Shown here in pieces: positions 53,700 to 64,000 of a stretch of DNA of 64,000 nucleotides. How positions within the stretch are numbered: position 1 is the first letter of the stretch; every line of letters starts with the position of its first letter. A program made the translations under genes and the position numbers. This DNA comes from Laetmonice hystrix. Lineage: Eukaryota. The stretch lies in contig OZ249436.1 of assembly GCA_965235115.1 (NCBI GenBank), forward strand, positions 27,344,001-27,408,000, written 5' to 3'. The notes beneath the pieces were generated by a model, which ran no database searches, had not been told where the DNA came from, and worked only from the letters and a program-made list of their open reading frames with translations.

Positions 53700-53875
53700 G
53701 CTCTATTAATATATCATTATTATGGCCGGCACCGCTCACTATAGCTCAAAGGGACACACAAGTGCTGTGTCCCACAATGAGCAATAAATCAATCGGCAAG
53801 TAGTGGTAATGCATGCTCTAATGGCGAGCGCAGTTGTAATAATGATTGTCTATACATTGTCATTGTACACAATGA
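53700..53875. promoter_or_regulatory. Candidate enhancer: Sox, Pbx-Hox, TCF and posterior Hox/Cdx-type motifs
   Basis: ACAATG 53774, CATTGT 53855 and 53861, ACAATG 53869 (palindromic pair CATTGTACACAATG), ATAAATCA 53784, TCAAAG 53746, TTATGGCC 53720. Motif evidence only. Confidence 0.35.
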
Positions 53876-55149
53876 GCCAGGCAGAGGAATAACTCGACAC
53901 CCATCTTTTATCTTCCGGAGCGGTTTTTTTGTTGGGGGGGGACAACATATAAGTAGTTGCTGAGTGTACGCCAGTTATCAAGCCCCCCCCCCCTCTCCCC
54001 CCCCCCCCCCCCCTCCCTCCCTCCATTTCCTCCTCGGCTAACCACCGCCAACTGCCAGGTCAGATCTCCCACTGCCAAGAGTACTGAGTGGAGCTGCCAT
54101 CTTGGCTGGAGACTTGCCAAGTGTTACTGTCATTGTTTGTCTCACTGAGATCTGATATTGCATGGGGCCAGTCGGAGAGGGCCTGGCCTTCATTGATTGT
54201 GGCTGGTATTCAGGGACCCTTTATCATGATTACCGACTACATAATAGCGGCTTTTAAGATGCCACTGCTGATACGGGGATCTACTGATAAAGCTGGCTGT
54301 TATTGAGTCAGGGCCGTGCGTCAGTATTGACTCAAATGGCGGCGCGATAGAAGCCGTTATGTACAAACCGATCTGTGGGCACCTCTGCAAAAAAATCACT
54401 CGAACACAGGTTAAACAAGGAAACGCACTCCTATTTCTACCGATAAAATAGCAGTGATCTCATCTATTTGGCATGATATATTATAACGCCCGTGCTCCTG
54501 TATAATCTATCCCGCCCTGCGGTTAAATCACGGCCAGCAAAGCGTCGTTCGCCTCTAATGGAATCTCTCTCAGCGCCTTGAGGAAACCAGAACGGTGTCT
54601 GTCTTCCTGCCCATCCAGTGGTTTCTTTTCAGAGAAAGCCGACGGAATCTGGTGGTTTGGTCGACTTATCTTTGAGGCGGTGAGGTAGAGGGGTTGTGCT
54701 AGGGAGTGGCCCATTTAACCCCGCTCGACTCACGCTGCTGGCGGGGTGAAGACTGACAGGGAGAAGACATTTGGGCAATCAGGGCCGTGATATACTCTGT
54801 ATAGACGGTGCTTGACCCCGACCAACCTCTTGGGTGAGGGGGTGGGTGGAGGGCCTGCTAAATAAAGCTGGGGGGGGGGGGGAGGACGGGGGAGGATACT
54901 CTTACCTCCACGATCTGAACCTCTGGAAAATGCCAAAAGTGTCAGGCGATAGGGATCCTCCACCTAGAAGAAATATGGTTGTGAAGCTTACAGCCCCAAC
55001 AAGACCTATTCCTTCGTGAACATAGCATCTGATTGCCGCTATGTATTAGAAGGTGACTCAAGATTGAAGAAAAAAATCACAAATGAAAGTACACATGTAT
55101 GACTTTGTATCCATCACAAAGAGTAGTTATTATATGCGGTATATAGCCC

Positions 55150-55988
55150 TGAAGGTACAAGGCGTCCCTGATCATTGTGTAAAGTTTCATGCAAGATTAT
55201 CTGTCGTTATCTTTGAACTGTTTGGAGTAGTGGCCATTGAAAATATGCATGACCTTGATTGACCTTCAAGGTCACTCAAGTTCAAACTAAAGTTCATATA
55301 TGACTTCCTATCTCTCAATAATAGTAACTATTGCGTTATCTTTTATCAAATTTGAAAGAAATCGGGATCGTTTTGTCCAAGTTATTGCTCGAAATGTCCT
55401 TGCATCCTGGATGGCTACCAAGTGGCCATTTTGAACAGTATCAAAAATTTGTTTGACCCGCATCATTCTTAGGCTGTCCCTGATTATTGTATCATGTTTT
55501 ATGCAAGATTATATCGTTATCTTCAACTGGTTTGAAGGTACATACCATAAAAAATGTGCATGACCTTGATGGACCTGTCAAGGTCATATATGATTCCCTA
55601 TCTGTCACTAATAGTAACTATTGTGTCATATTGCACCATTTTCGAGATATGAGCCAAAACAGTTTAATTTTGGGGGTAAAAAAAACAAATATGGCCGCCT
55701 ATAATACATTGGCATTGCCCCTCATATGCTTCTTCATTGCACCAAATTTGGAAAAAAATGGTATCGTTTTGCTTGAGTTATTGCGAGAAATGTGCGTACA
55801 TGTATATCCAAGCTGGCTGCCAAGCGGCCATTTTGTTATCAAAAATCTATTTGACGTGCATCATCCTCAGACCGTACCTGATCATTGTGTAAAGTTGCAT
55901 ACATTTTGACCCATACACTTTTGAGAAATCGCTCTCTCCGGACGGAGGGCGACTTAGAAACCCCCGCCCCTTGGGGTTGGGGGCTAAC
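55150..55988 (+). mobile_element. Helentron/HINE-like interspersed repeat, copy 3, with 3' hairpin end
   Basis: Internal repeated modules (CCTGATCATTGTGTAAAGTT; TGACCTTGA...AAGGTCA), a remnant GGACGGA microsatellite at ~55939, then the hairpin CCCCCGCCCC-TT-GGGGTTGGGGG before an A-rich flank. This organisation is described for Helentron-associated non-autonomous elements. Confidence 0.65.
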
Positions 55989-56829
55989 AAAAACAGTGCC
56001 TTGCCACTGATACAAGCAGAGTTTGAAATGGCAGTATGTTGCATGGATCTGGGAATGTCAGGTAACGGGAAAACAAGCACTGGTCCTCGTCCAAGCAGAA
56101 GAAGGAATGCGTCCGGTCCACGGGCAGTGTTGATGTGTATTCAAAGGCGGCTTTGACGACTTGGGTGTGTGTGTAACCAGGTACTGGTTCTCCATGATCA
56201 GAGGTTTGCAAACAGGCTGACGGGTAGGGAGGGGGTCAGGCGGCAAGGGTGAATAGGAAGTGAAAGGTATACGGTGAAAGGTGCTAACAGGATGGATAGG
56301 GTGTGGCCAGCCAGCCAGCCAGCCGGTCGGTCGATGGGGCCTGGTTTACAACTACCACTCAGTCAGGTGGGTCCACAGACCACAACCCGGGAGGTGGTCT
56401 GGTGTACGTGTGGTCGTGTGGTTGGGTTGGGTGGGTAGGCGGGTTGGCACAAAGCCAAAACGGCCTGCCAAATCGACAGACACGTCGACCGTCACAGAGT
56501 CAAGAGCTGATAGTCTCGGATCATGTACAAAAGGAGCGTCGTTTAGTGTCACATGTTTCGTACGTTAACAGTAACCGGAAAGGGAAAAATTGGCCCCACT
56601 AAGCTAGGGTCTGGCTAAGGTTTAGAATAATGCCAGCATCTCCCACTTGAAAACTGTAAGATGCATTTAGAAATTCAGATGTAATTATGAGTCGCAGACT
56701 TAGCTGGATTGTGGATCGTCAGTTAATATGAAGTTGGATTAGACGTAGGGGGATACGATAATGGATGTAGAATCAGAAAAAGAAAGTGGAGTATTTTTTG
56801 TCTATGAGAATGTAGGGAAAATGCCTCTA

Positions 56830-57643
56830 GAAAAAAGGCACTGGAAAACATGGCACAGGAAAAAGTGGCACAAGGAAATTATATGGCACAAGAAATAATG
56901 GCGCCAAGTACAGATAGGAAAAACGTTTTTTTCCAAACATGACAAATTATAACAGAAACTGTGGAATGAGTCGTAGTATCAGTAAGTTGGTATCAGGAGA
57001 GAAACCCCTAACCTAACCCTAGCCCAGAAACTTTCTATAAGGGGCTGCCGCCGACAGCTGTGAAGTAACACATCCTCCTCCAGGCACCCAGCATTATGAG
57101 GAAGACTCAGAGTGAGAGACCTTCAGAACTGCAATTTAACTTTTTACATCACATTGCAAAAATACCTGAACGCGTTTGTGACTTAATTCTGACGCAACCT
57201 TGATTGTATCTTGGGTTTATTCTTGAGTTAAATCCCCGAGTACTTACCATATAATATGGGCTGATTTTCCTACATCCGTCCGACTAGGATGTGTCTTATT
57301 GGAATAAGCCTTATTGGGATTCGTCTAGGTCTAACTGGGATTTGTCTTATTGGGGTGAAACCGTGTTGGGGCCTCTGCCAGAGGGTGAAGTTTGTTTTTT
57401 TTTTGTTTATTTTCCAGGTGAACGACCCTCTCCCCTATCTCTATCTATCTCTCTCTATCTCTCTCTCAACCTCGCGTCATAATACAGTATGCTGCTCCGT
57501 AATTTGAGCATTGTGATTACCCGATGTGTCTTTTTAGTCTACACTTTGTGTCATTTTCCCTGTGCCATTTGTTCCATGTGCCATTTGTTCCTGTGCCATT
57601 TTTCCTGTGCCATTTTTTCCGGTGCCATTTTTTCAGGTTACCG
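56830..57643. mobile_element. TIR element with arrays of ~15-bp AAAAATGGCACAGG subterminal repeats in inverted orientation
   Basis: (GGCAC..GAAAA)n at 56831-56905 versus (TTTTCCTGTGCCA)n at 57550-57632, ending in TCAGGTTACCG. Internal CCCTAACCTAACCCTAG at ~57005. The left terminus is eroded. Confidence 0.65.
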
Positions 57644-59507
57644 TCTATGCACAACATGATCCGTTTGTGGCCACCTGCCACTTCTATTGCTTACTAGCGT
57701 TCGGTGATGTCGTGCTGTAGAAATGCTGCTGTCTGCCTGAAAGACTTGTATCTAGAAAGGCATATGGTGCCCTTTGATAATGAAAGTATGAGTATAGAGA
57801 ATAAATTGGTTGTAAGCAGCCGCCGCCGTACGTTGCTGGTATATAGCACGCCATGTACGGTAGGATGGATGAATTGATAAGATGATCGATATCGGTGTCT
57901 GGCATTGTTCACATTCCCTATAGTTATTATTCATCACAAGGTTAGGCCTGTCAATGGCCATATGACAGAGCTCGCGTGAGGTGCCCTGCTGCAGTGTTTG
58001 ATACAGCTGTCACTGCATGGAGGTCAGTCCACAGGGAGTGTGCCTCTAGGTGCATCATGAGGAGGTAAGTCCGTACCTGGATTCCTGCTGGACGTCCGTA
58101 CCTGGATCCCTGCTGGGAGCTGCTAGGTGGCTTCACCGCCTCGAATCGGACATTGACGTCTTCCAACGTTATGCAAAACAATGGGACCAAACCCATGTTT
58201 CTACATGATGTTCTTTCACTGTTCTATCTCATGATTATTTCCTGCTACTACAGCAACCACACTGCAACCTGTCATTGGTCCACCATCGCCATTTATACCT
58301 GTCTCAGGTACAACACGTGGGGACATAGTGTATCCCCTATAATGTTATGTAATGTAGGTGATAATTTACTTCGGTGAGGAGTCTATTATCAACTATTATT
58401 ATCAACCTCCAACAATGAGCCAACAGCTCTCCAACCAAACTACATGTACACATGTACACAGCCAGCAGTAAAGGGGGGGGGGGGGTTAGCAAATTATAGA
58501 AAAAGAGGGTCGACATCAACTTGTCATTGACTTGGCAGGCGGAAATGCAGATATGATATCCAAAGATTAGACTCTGTATGGGTACGAATGAAATGTATGC
58601 ACGTCTTTCTGGAGTGAACAAAGTTGGAACAACTGTTCCGAGTTTATAGTCCTCATCATGATGATCGTCCGCGACTGGTCTCATCCACCGTGTCCCATAT
58701 AGAGGGTAGAGAGTAGAAAAGGCATGAGATGTGTACTATCTATTCTCAAGTCACTTGGGCGGAAAATTTACCTGAGTTGATATGTAAACTAAGGATTATG
58801 GTAATAAATCCGTTTGATGTTTCGTGAGAGAAAAGCAGGCATCCATTGTTGAAAGTTGTATTTTTATAGGGTGTGTTATTCAGCTTACCCGGTTTTGTAC
58901 ACAGAGCCGTCGGGTGTTGATCTAGAGTCCATCAGGCGGTGGTGGTGGTGGTGGTGGTGATGGTAGTGGTGGGGGGGGGGGGGCACCGTGGGTGGTTGGG
59001 TGCTCAATGTCACCACGGGCGGTCAGGGGGGATGTTGTTGTACACTCCGAGGTGGTCCTTGGCTGCAGTGCCGTTTTTGTTCAGAATGTCTCTTTGTCTC
59101 AACAACTCGTTGGTCTCAATGACTGACTGGTTGGGGTGGGGGTGTTGGATGTGGGTGGTTGTTTTTAGGGGTTGTAATGTTTAAGTGGGGGAGGGGGCAG
59201 ATTTGTTGTCTGGGGTGACGAACATGATAGCAACAATGTTTAGACCTCTAGAGGCGATAGTCATGAGGCAGACAAACGGTCAATATCAGACTTTGGGAAA
59301 CGTGCTGATGTCAACAAGGCCTGACTGAGGAGGAGGTGGGGGGTTATTGGCTGTATGTCAGGATCTGTAGCCTACATGGGGAAGGGGGCCCGTAACCCTA
59401 GCTCACAACCCTCACCCGCTTTCCTTGGTTACTGAGGGTTCCGGAACACGAGGATGGATCGGTTGTGTGAAAAAAAGACATTTTTACTTCCGTTCTTAAC
59501 ATAGATC

Positions 59508-60364
59508 TTTTACATCGATATCTTGGGTGAGATTTCAATGTTATACGGTATTTTTTACATCGATATCTTGGGTGAGATTTTAATGTTATACGGTATTTTT
59601 TACATCGAGATCTTGGGTGAGATTTCAATGTTATACGGTATTTTTTTACATCGATATATTGGGTGAGATTTCAATGTTATACGGTATTTTTTACATCGAT
59701 GTCTTTGGTGAGATTTCAATGTTATACGGTATTTTTTACATCAATATCTTGGGTGAGATTTCAATGTTATACGGTATTTTTTACATCGATATCTTGGGTG
59801 AGATTTCAATGTTATACGGTATTTTTTACATCGATTTCAATGTTATACGGTATTTTTTACATCGATTTCAATGTTATACGGTATTTTTTACATCGATATC
59901 TTGGGTGAGATTTTAATGTTATACGGTATTTTTTACATCGATATCTTGGGTGAGATTTTAATGTTATACGGTATTTTTTTACATCGATATCTTGGGTGAG
60001 ATTTCAATGTTATACGGTATTTTTTACATCGATATCTTGGGTGATATTTCAATGTTATACGGTATTTTTTACATCAATATCTTGGGTGAGATTTCAATGT
60101 TATACGGTATTTTTTACATCGATATCTTGGGTGAGATTTCAATGTTATACGGTATTTTTTACATCGATTTCAATGTTATACGGTATTTTTTACATCGATA
60201 TCTTGGGTGAGATTTTAATGTTATACGGTATTTTTTACATCGATATCTTGGGTGAGATTTCAATGTTATACGGTATTTTTTACATCGATATCTTGGGTGA
60301 GATTTCAATGTTATACGGTATTTTTTACATCGATATCTTGGGTGAGATTTCAATGTTATACGGT
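59508..60364. repeat. Minisatellite, about 20 units of 45 bp (three 31-bp deletion variants)
   Basis: Unit TTTTTTACATCGATATCTTGGGTGAGATTTCAATGTTATACGGTA; produces the repetitive ORFs at 59398-60446. Confidence 0.98.
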
Positions 60365-61774
60365 TTTACAATGTAATCGACCGTTTGACCTTGCCACCAA
60401 ACCAACACGTTACATGTCCTGGAAGTCCGGACCACATGTCCTTTGATAGCTATCTGAATAATTTGGTCTCCAAGCATGACTCCATTCTTTGTATCTTTTG
60501 TTCCTCATCCATTGACACGACACTTAAATTTGTCGTGCGAGATTCCGAGCAGACCGGCCGACGGCAGGATTTAATTATTGTGGGCATGCTTTATGTTTGA
60601 GAATGAAGTCATTGTTTTGCTCGATGACCCTGGTATCCAAGTACATGGCCTGTGATATATCTGTACGATTACGATAGACAAGGCGTCACTGAGCCCACAC
60701 CTGGATACATATTGAATAAGTAAATTCAGACCAGACCTGTAGACCAACATTCATCATAATATACTAACATTGTGGTTGACAAGGCCAGGGGAGGGTATGG
60801 CCAGCCGTTATAGGCTGGGGGAGGCCTCAGGCCAACCAGTCCCCAGGCTAGGACCTACTATGTACTGTTGCTATGGTGACAGCTGGTTAGCAACCACACC
60901 TGCTTAACAACGCACAGATCATGTAGGAAGAACGCATACAACCTTCTTGTTCTTGCTATATATTTGTTTCAAGTTTCGGGTGTGTGCGTCTTTGTTCCGT
61001 GCATTCATGTCGCCATCATCCAGTGCATGGTTCCGTACCACCGACTTATTCGGACAGAGAATACAATAGAAACGCTCTCCCATGTCAAAATATTTCATTC
61101 TACCGTGTTGTAGCTTTGGACTTTATCCTGAATTTTTCCCAGTTATAGAGTTTAATGAAAAAGGATTTTTTTTGTAGAAAGAGTTTACTCGCAATAACTG
61201 TACATGCTGGTGGGATACGTTTTTACTCGTGCATTTGTATTTATTTCTAAGCGGATAGCATTTTTCTCCCCATCTCACCAGTCCTCTCAACTATAATATC
61301 CTGAGGACGAAAATATTTATATCAGTACAAAATCAAGTATTTATGATGATAGCACACACCATGCTTGAGACCTTTAATATTTTCCTGCCTGAAATAATTC
61401 ATGTACATGGTGACCTTATATTTATTCCACTAAAAACTGTCCCTTAGCCCTCGGTGATTTCAAGTGTAAATGGTTGACCTTTAGTTGAGTCAAATGCCGA
61501 AGTAGTGTTAGTGAATTTTGGTGTAATTGTTGTGTCCGCCCTTCTGTGACTTGTTGAGTTATGTAGTATCGTGCTCTCGGCTGGTACGGAGTCTCCGTAC
61601 ATCAGCATTGCAGAATATGATAAACCCAAAAAAAAACCTGAAACATTGGAGCGTTCTTGTTCCCATAGAACACCGCTGGTTTCATGGAGTCCACAGCTTC
61701 AGTTAATAATTGCGTTTAATGGTACTTAATGGCCTTCATATTGGTTGAATGGTGATAGATAACATGGTAGGTAT

Positions 61775-62120
61775 ATTGGCCGGAGGCGAGAGGAACGGTG
61801 CGCCTGGCTGACTGCCGCTCCTTGTACCTGCCCCCACCTGAGCCGACTCGGCGGTGGGCCACGCTGGGGGAGGCCTGGCGGGCGGGCCTGGGCGGAGCTC
61901 GGGATGTCCGGCTGGGTATGCGGGTGGGAGGGAGGGTCCGGGCCGGGCCGGGCCGGGCCGGGCCGGGCCGGGCCGGGCCGGGCCGGGCCAGACGGTGACG
62001 GCCATACACAGACAGTGGCCGCCCCGCCGTGTACGCCGCGAGCCCCTTTAAGTGGAGTGTCGGCGGCCGGGACTGTGCAGCTGCAGGCGGAGCACGAACT
62101 GGCCGCCTTCCAACACGCCG
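61775..62120. other. CpG-island-like GC-rich block containing (GGCCG)n
   Basis: Abrupt GC/CpG-rich segment with about ten GGCCG pentamers at 61938-61988, flanked by AT-rich sequence. Confidence 0.7.
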
Positions 62121-64000
62121 TATACATTGCGTGTACATACATATATGTGGTTGTAATTTAACCGCCACTCCACGCGCTTCACAAACTATATATTACCACG
62201 GGCAGAACAGGAGGACAAAGAGGAAGGGATTATATGTACTCGCATGCAATAAGTCCCATGGAAATTACTCCTTCTAAAATAGCCATGGCGGCGGTATTTT
62301 ATGATTGCGATGGCTGGGTACTCCGTCTGAAGTGGGCCCGAGGTGTTGGTAATGGCACTGAAGGGTCGTCATTACCTGGTGTCATATTTACAAAGCGAAC
62401 CACTTACCTTCTTTTTATGAGGTCATATTGAAGTGGTATTGCATAAAAGAAAGTGATGGTATAGCTCCTTTTTTACCGAATACCTTGTTTGGTATACAAT
62501 GGAGTATACCATGGAGTATACATTAGTTGATAAAGCGGTAGTATAAATTATGTAAGTGAGAGGTATTTTTATTGCAAATGCTGTCGGTATTAAGTCACCA
62601 GAAACCACGCAGAGAGCAGATTAAAGAAAATATTTTTTTCTTTAGCCAGCGAGTAGGTCAGGGCATGTCTTGGAGTTAAGTCTTTGAAACTTAACCAGTA
62701 ATAGCAACGGTTGCTACATAGCCTCATGTAGTTTTGGAGACTGTGAGGAAATGTGTATATCATAAAAAAGAATGAGGACCTTTCACACAAATATATTCAC
62801 ATTGAAACCTTATAATATTACAGAAGTATTAAATTACATTCAGACCCGGACCGACATTGGGCACATCTTCTCTTCAGTGTTAAACAAATTTGAAATGTCA
62901 GGGTGCATTGTAAAGACTAGGAAAACCTATTGGTAATACAAAAATGAATGTTACTCATTGTTCACAAAGACCATCTGCAGATGGGGCTCTGTGCTATAGC
63001 ATATTATTTGAAGGCCGTTGAGAGTTCCACTCCAGTGTGAGGAGTTAAGAAATGTTGACGTTGACACATTCCACACCACCTGACACCATCCACACTGAAA
63101 ACACTGCATCCCGTCTACGTTATATTTTATACTCGCATTTCTTCTATATGAGTTCGAGTTCGGGGGGAGGGGGGATCCTAAGAAAATGAACAATGAAATC
63201 TGCAATTCCGATTTTAATCCATTTCCACATTGTATGTGTCCCTCGGAGATTACGCAGAAATCAGATTTCATACCCCAGAGTGCATCCCTGTCATAATTTA
63301 CTTCAATTTAAGTCGTCAATTAAGTTGTACATTCCACGGTATAAACTACATAGCTACAACAGCTGCAAGAAGTCCCGTTGCGTACAGATGTAAGCCATCG
63401 TACTTGGAGAAGGAATCGTTGGCAACAATGCATGATAAGGTAGCCGATACGGTATTAGCATTCAACAGATAGACGGCTATCTTATTCCGTTTGTGTTTAG
63501 AATTCCCTACAGTAATGTTTACATAAGACAGCTATGGTTCTACTGCCAGCCACGTTTTCTTTCCTCCGTAAACCGTTGCCAAGTATTTTCTTTTTCAGGT
63601 TCCCACTTGTCATTATGGACCGAGAAATGAGTAGCTCAGCTGGTTTAATAGTATTCCAACCAATCTACATTGCATCCATAATTCAAGTCGGTAGTTGGAA
63701 GTGGTTCCTATATGTAAATTGTACTGGAAGGATGTTTCAAGTGAAACAGCCAAGAGGTAATTTCTATCATTGCATCTGGAAGTATTTGCTTGGCACGAAC
63801 TGTCTCGGGCTGTAACTGACAATGAGGTCACTGCTGTGGATTTTGCATCATTTTGTAAACTTGAACATTTCCATGTTGAAAGGGAATTAAGCGTGGCGCT
63901 CCGTGGCAGGCTGTTGTGCTGCGACCAGGGTTCGACCTTAAAACCAGTGACACGATGGTGATCATACATTGTCCTTGGGTGTGTATGTGTGTGTAGGCAA

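Noticed and set aside
57398..57423. Second AG|GT junction (TTTTCCAG|GTGAAC)
   Set aside because: The donor is weak and the site lies within a TIR element. The CTGTAG|GTGAGC at ~11042 likewise lies in the LINE relic.
59398..60446. Repetitive ORFs (MLYGIFYIDILGEIS)n and similar
   Set aside because: By-product of a 45-bp repeat that is open in several frames on both strands.
61716..62168. Overlapping PGPAR/GPGRA ORFs
   Set aside because: Open in many frames because of high GC and the GGCCG repeat; no domain or convincing splice structure.
5414..62420. Scattered CCATAAA/TTTATGG Cdx/posterior-Hox motifs suggesting a Hox cluster
   Set aside because: The count looks close to chance for this composition, and no homeobox or miR-10 was seen.
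63885..63980. Possible tRNA-derived SINE head (GGGTTCGACC, GTCCTTGGG)
   Set aside because: Poor A box, a single short fragment at the window edge; cannot be supported.

Overview
This is eukaryotic (animal) non-coding DNA, probably from a marine invertebrate. That is an inference from its microsatellites, long G/C runs and repeat families. I find no intact protein-coding gene, rRNA, tRNA or CRISPR array, and the ORF track is explained by chance ORFs, microsatellites and tandem repeats. Supportable content: (i) four larger tandem arrays (37/43, 32, 76 and 45 bp units) plus several short duplications; (ii) decayed transposons, namely a CR1/L2-type LINE reverse transcriptase, a Tc1-type transposase N-terminus with its left end, a probable hAT transposase fragment, three copies of a Helentron/HINE-like repeat and several TIR MITEs, four of which carry telomere-like cores; (iii) candidate regulatory sequence. 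The most interesting leads are a recursive-splice-type junction (branch point, pyrimidine-rich tract, CAG|GTAAGT) opening a 39-nt micro-exon at 20152-20190, which suggests a very long + strand intron; a G:U-rich pre-miRNA-like hairpin at about 38.5 kb; a 13-bp palindromic transposon footprint with a 7-bp TSD; and a promoter-like motif cluster followed by a decayed, unassigned ORF at 24.4-25.7 kb. All alignments and counts were done by eye.
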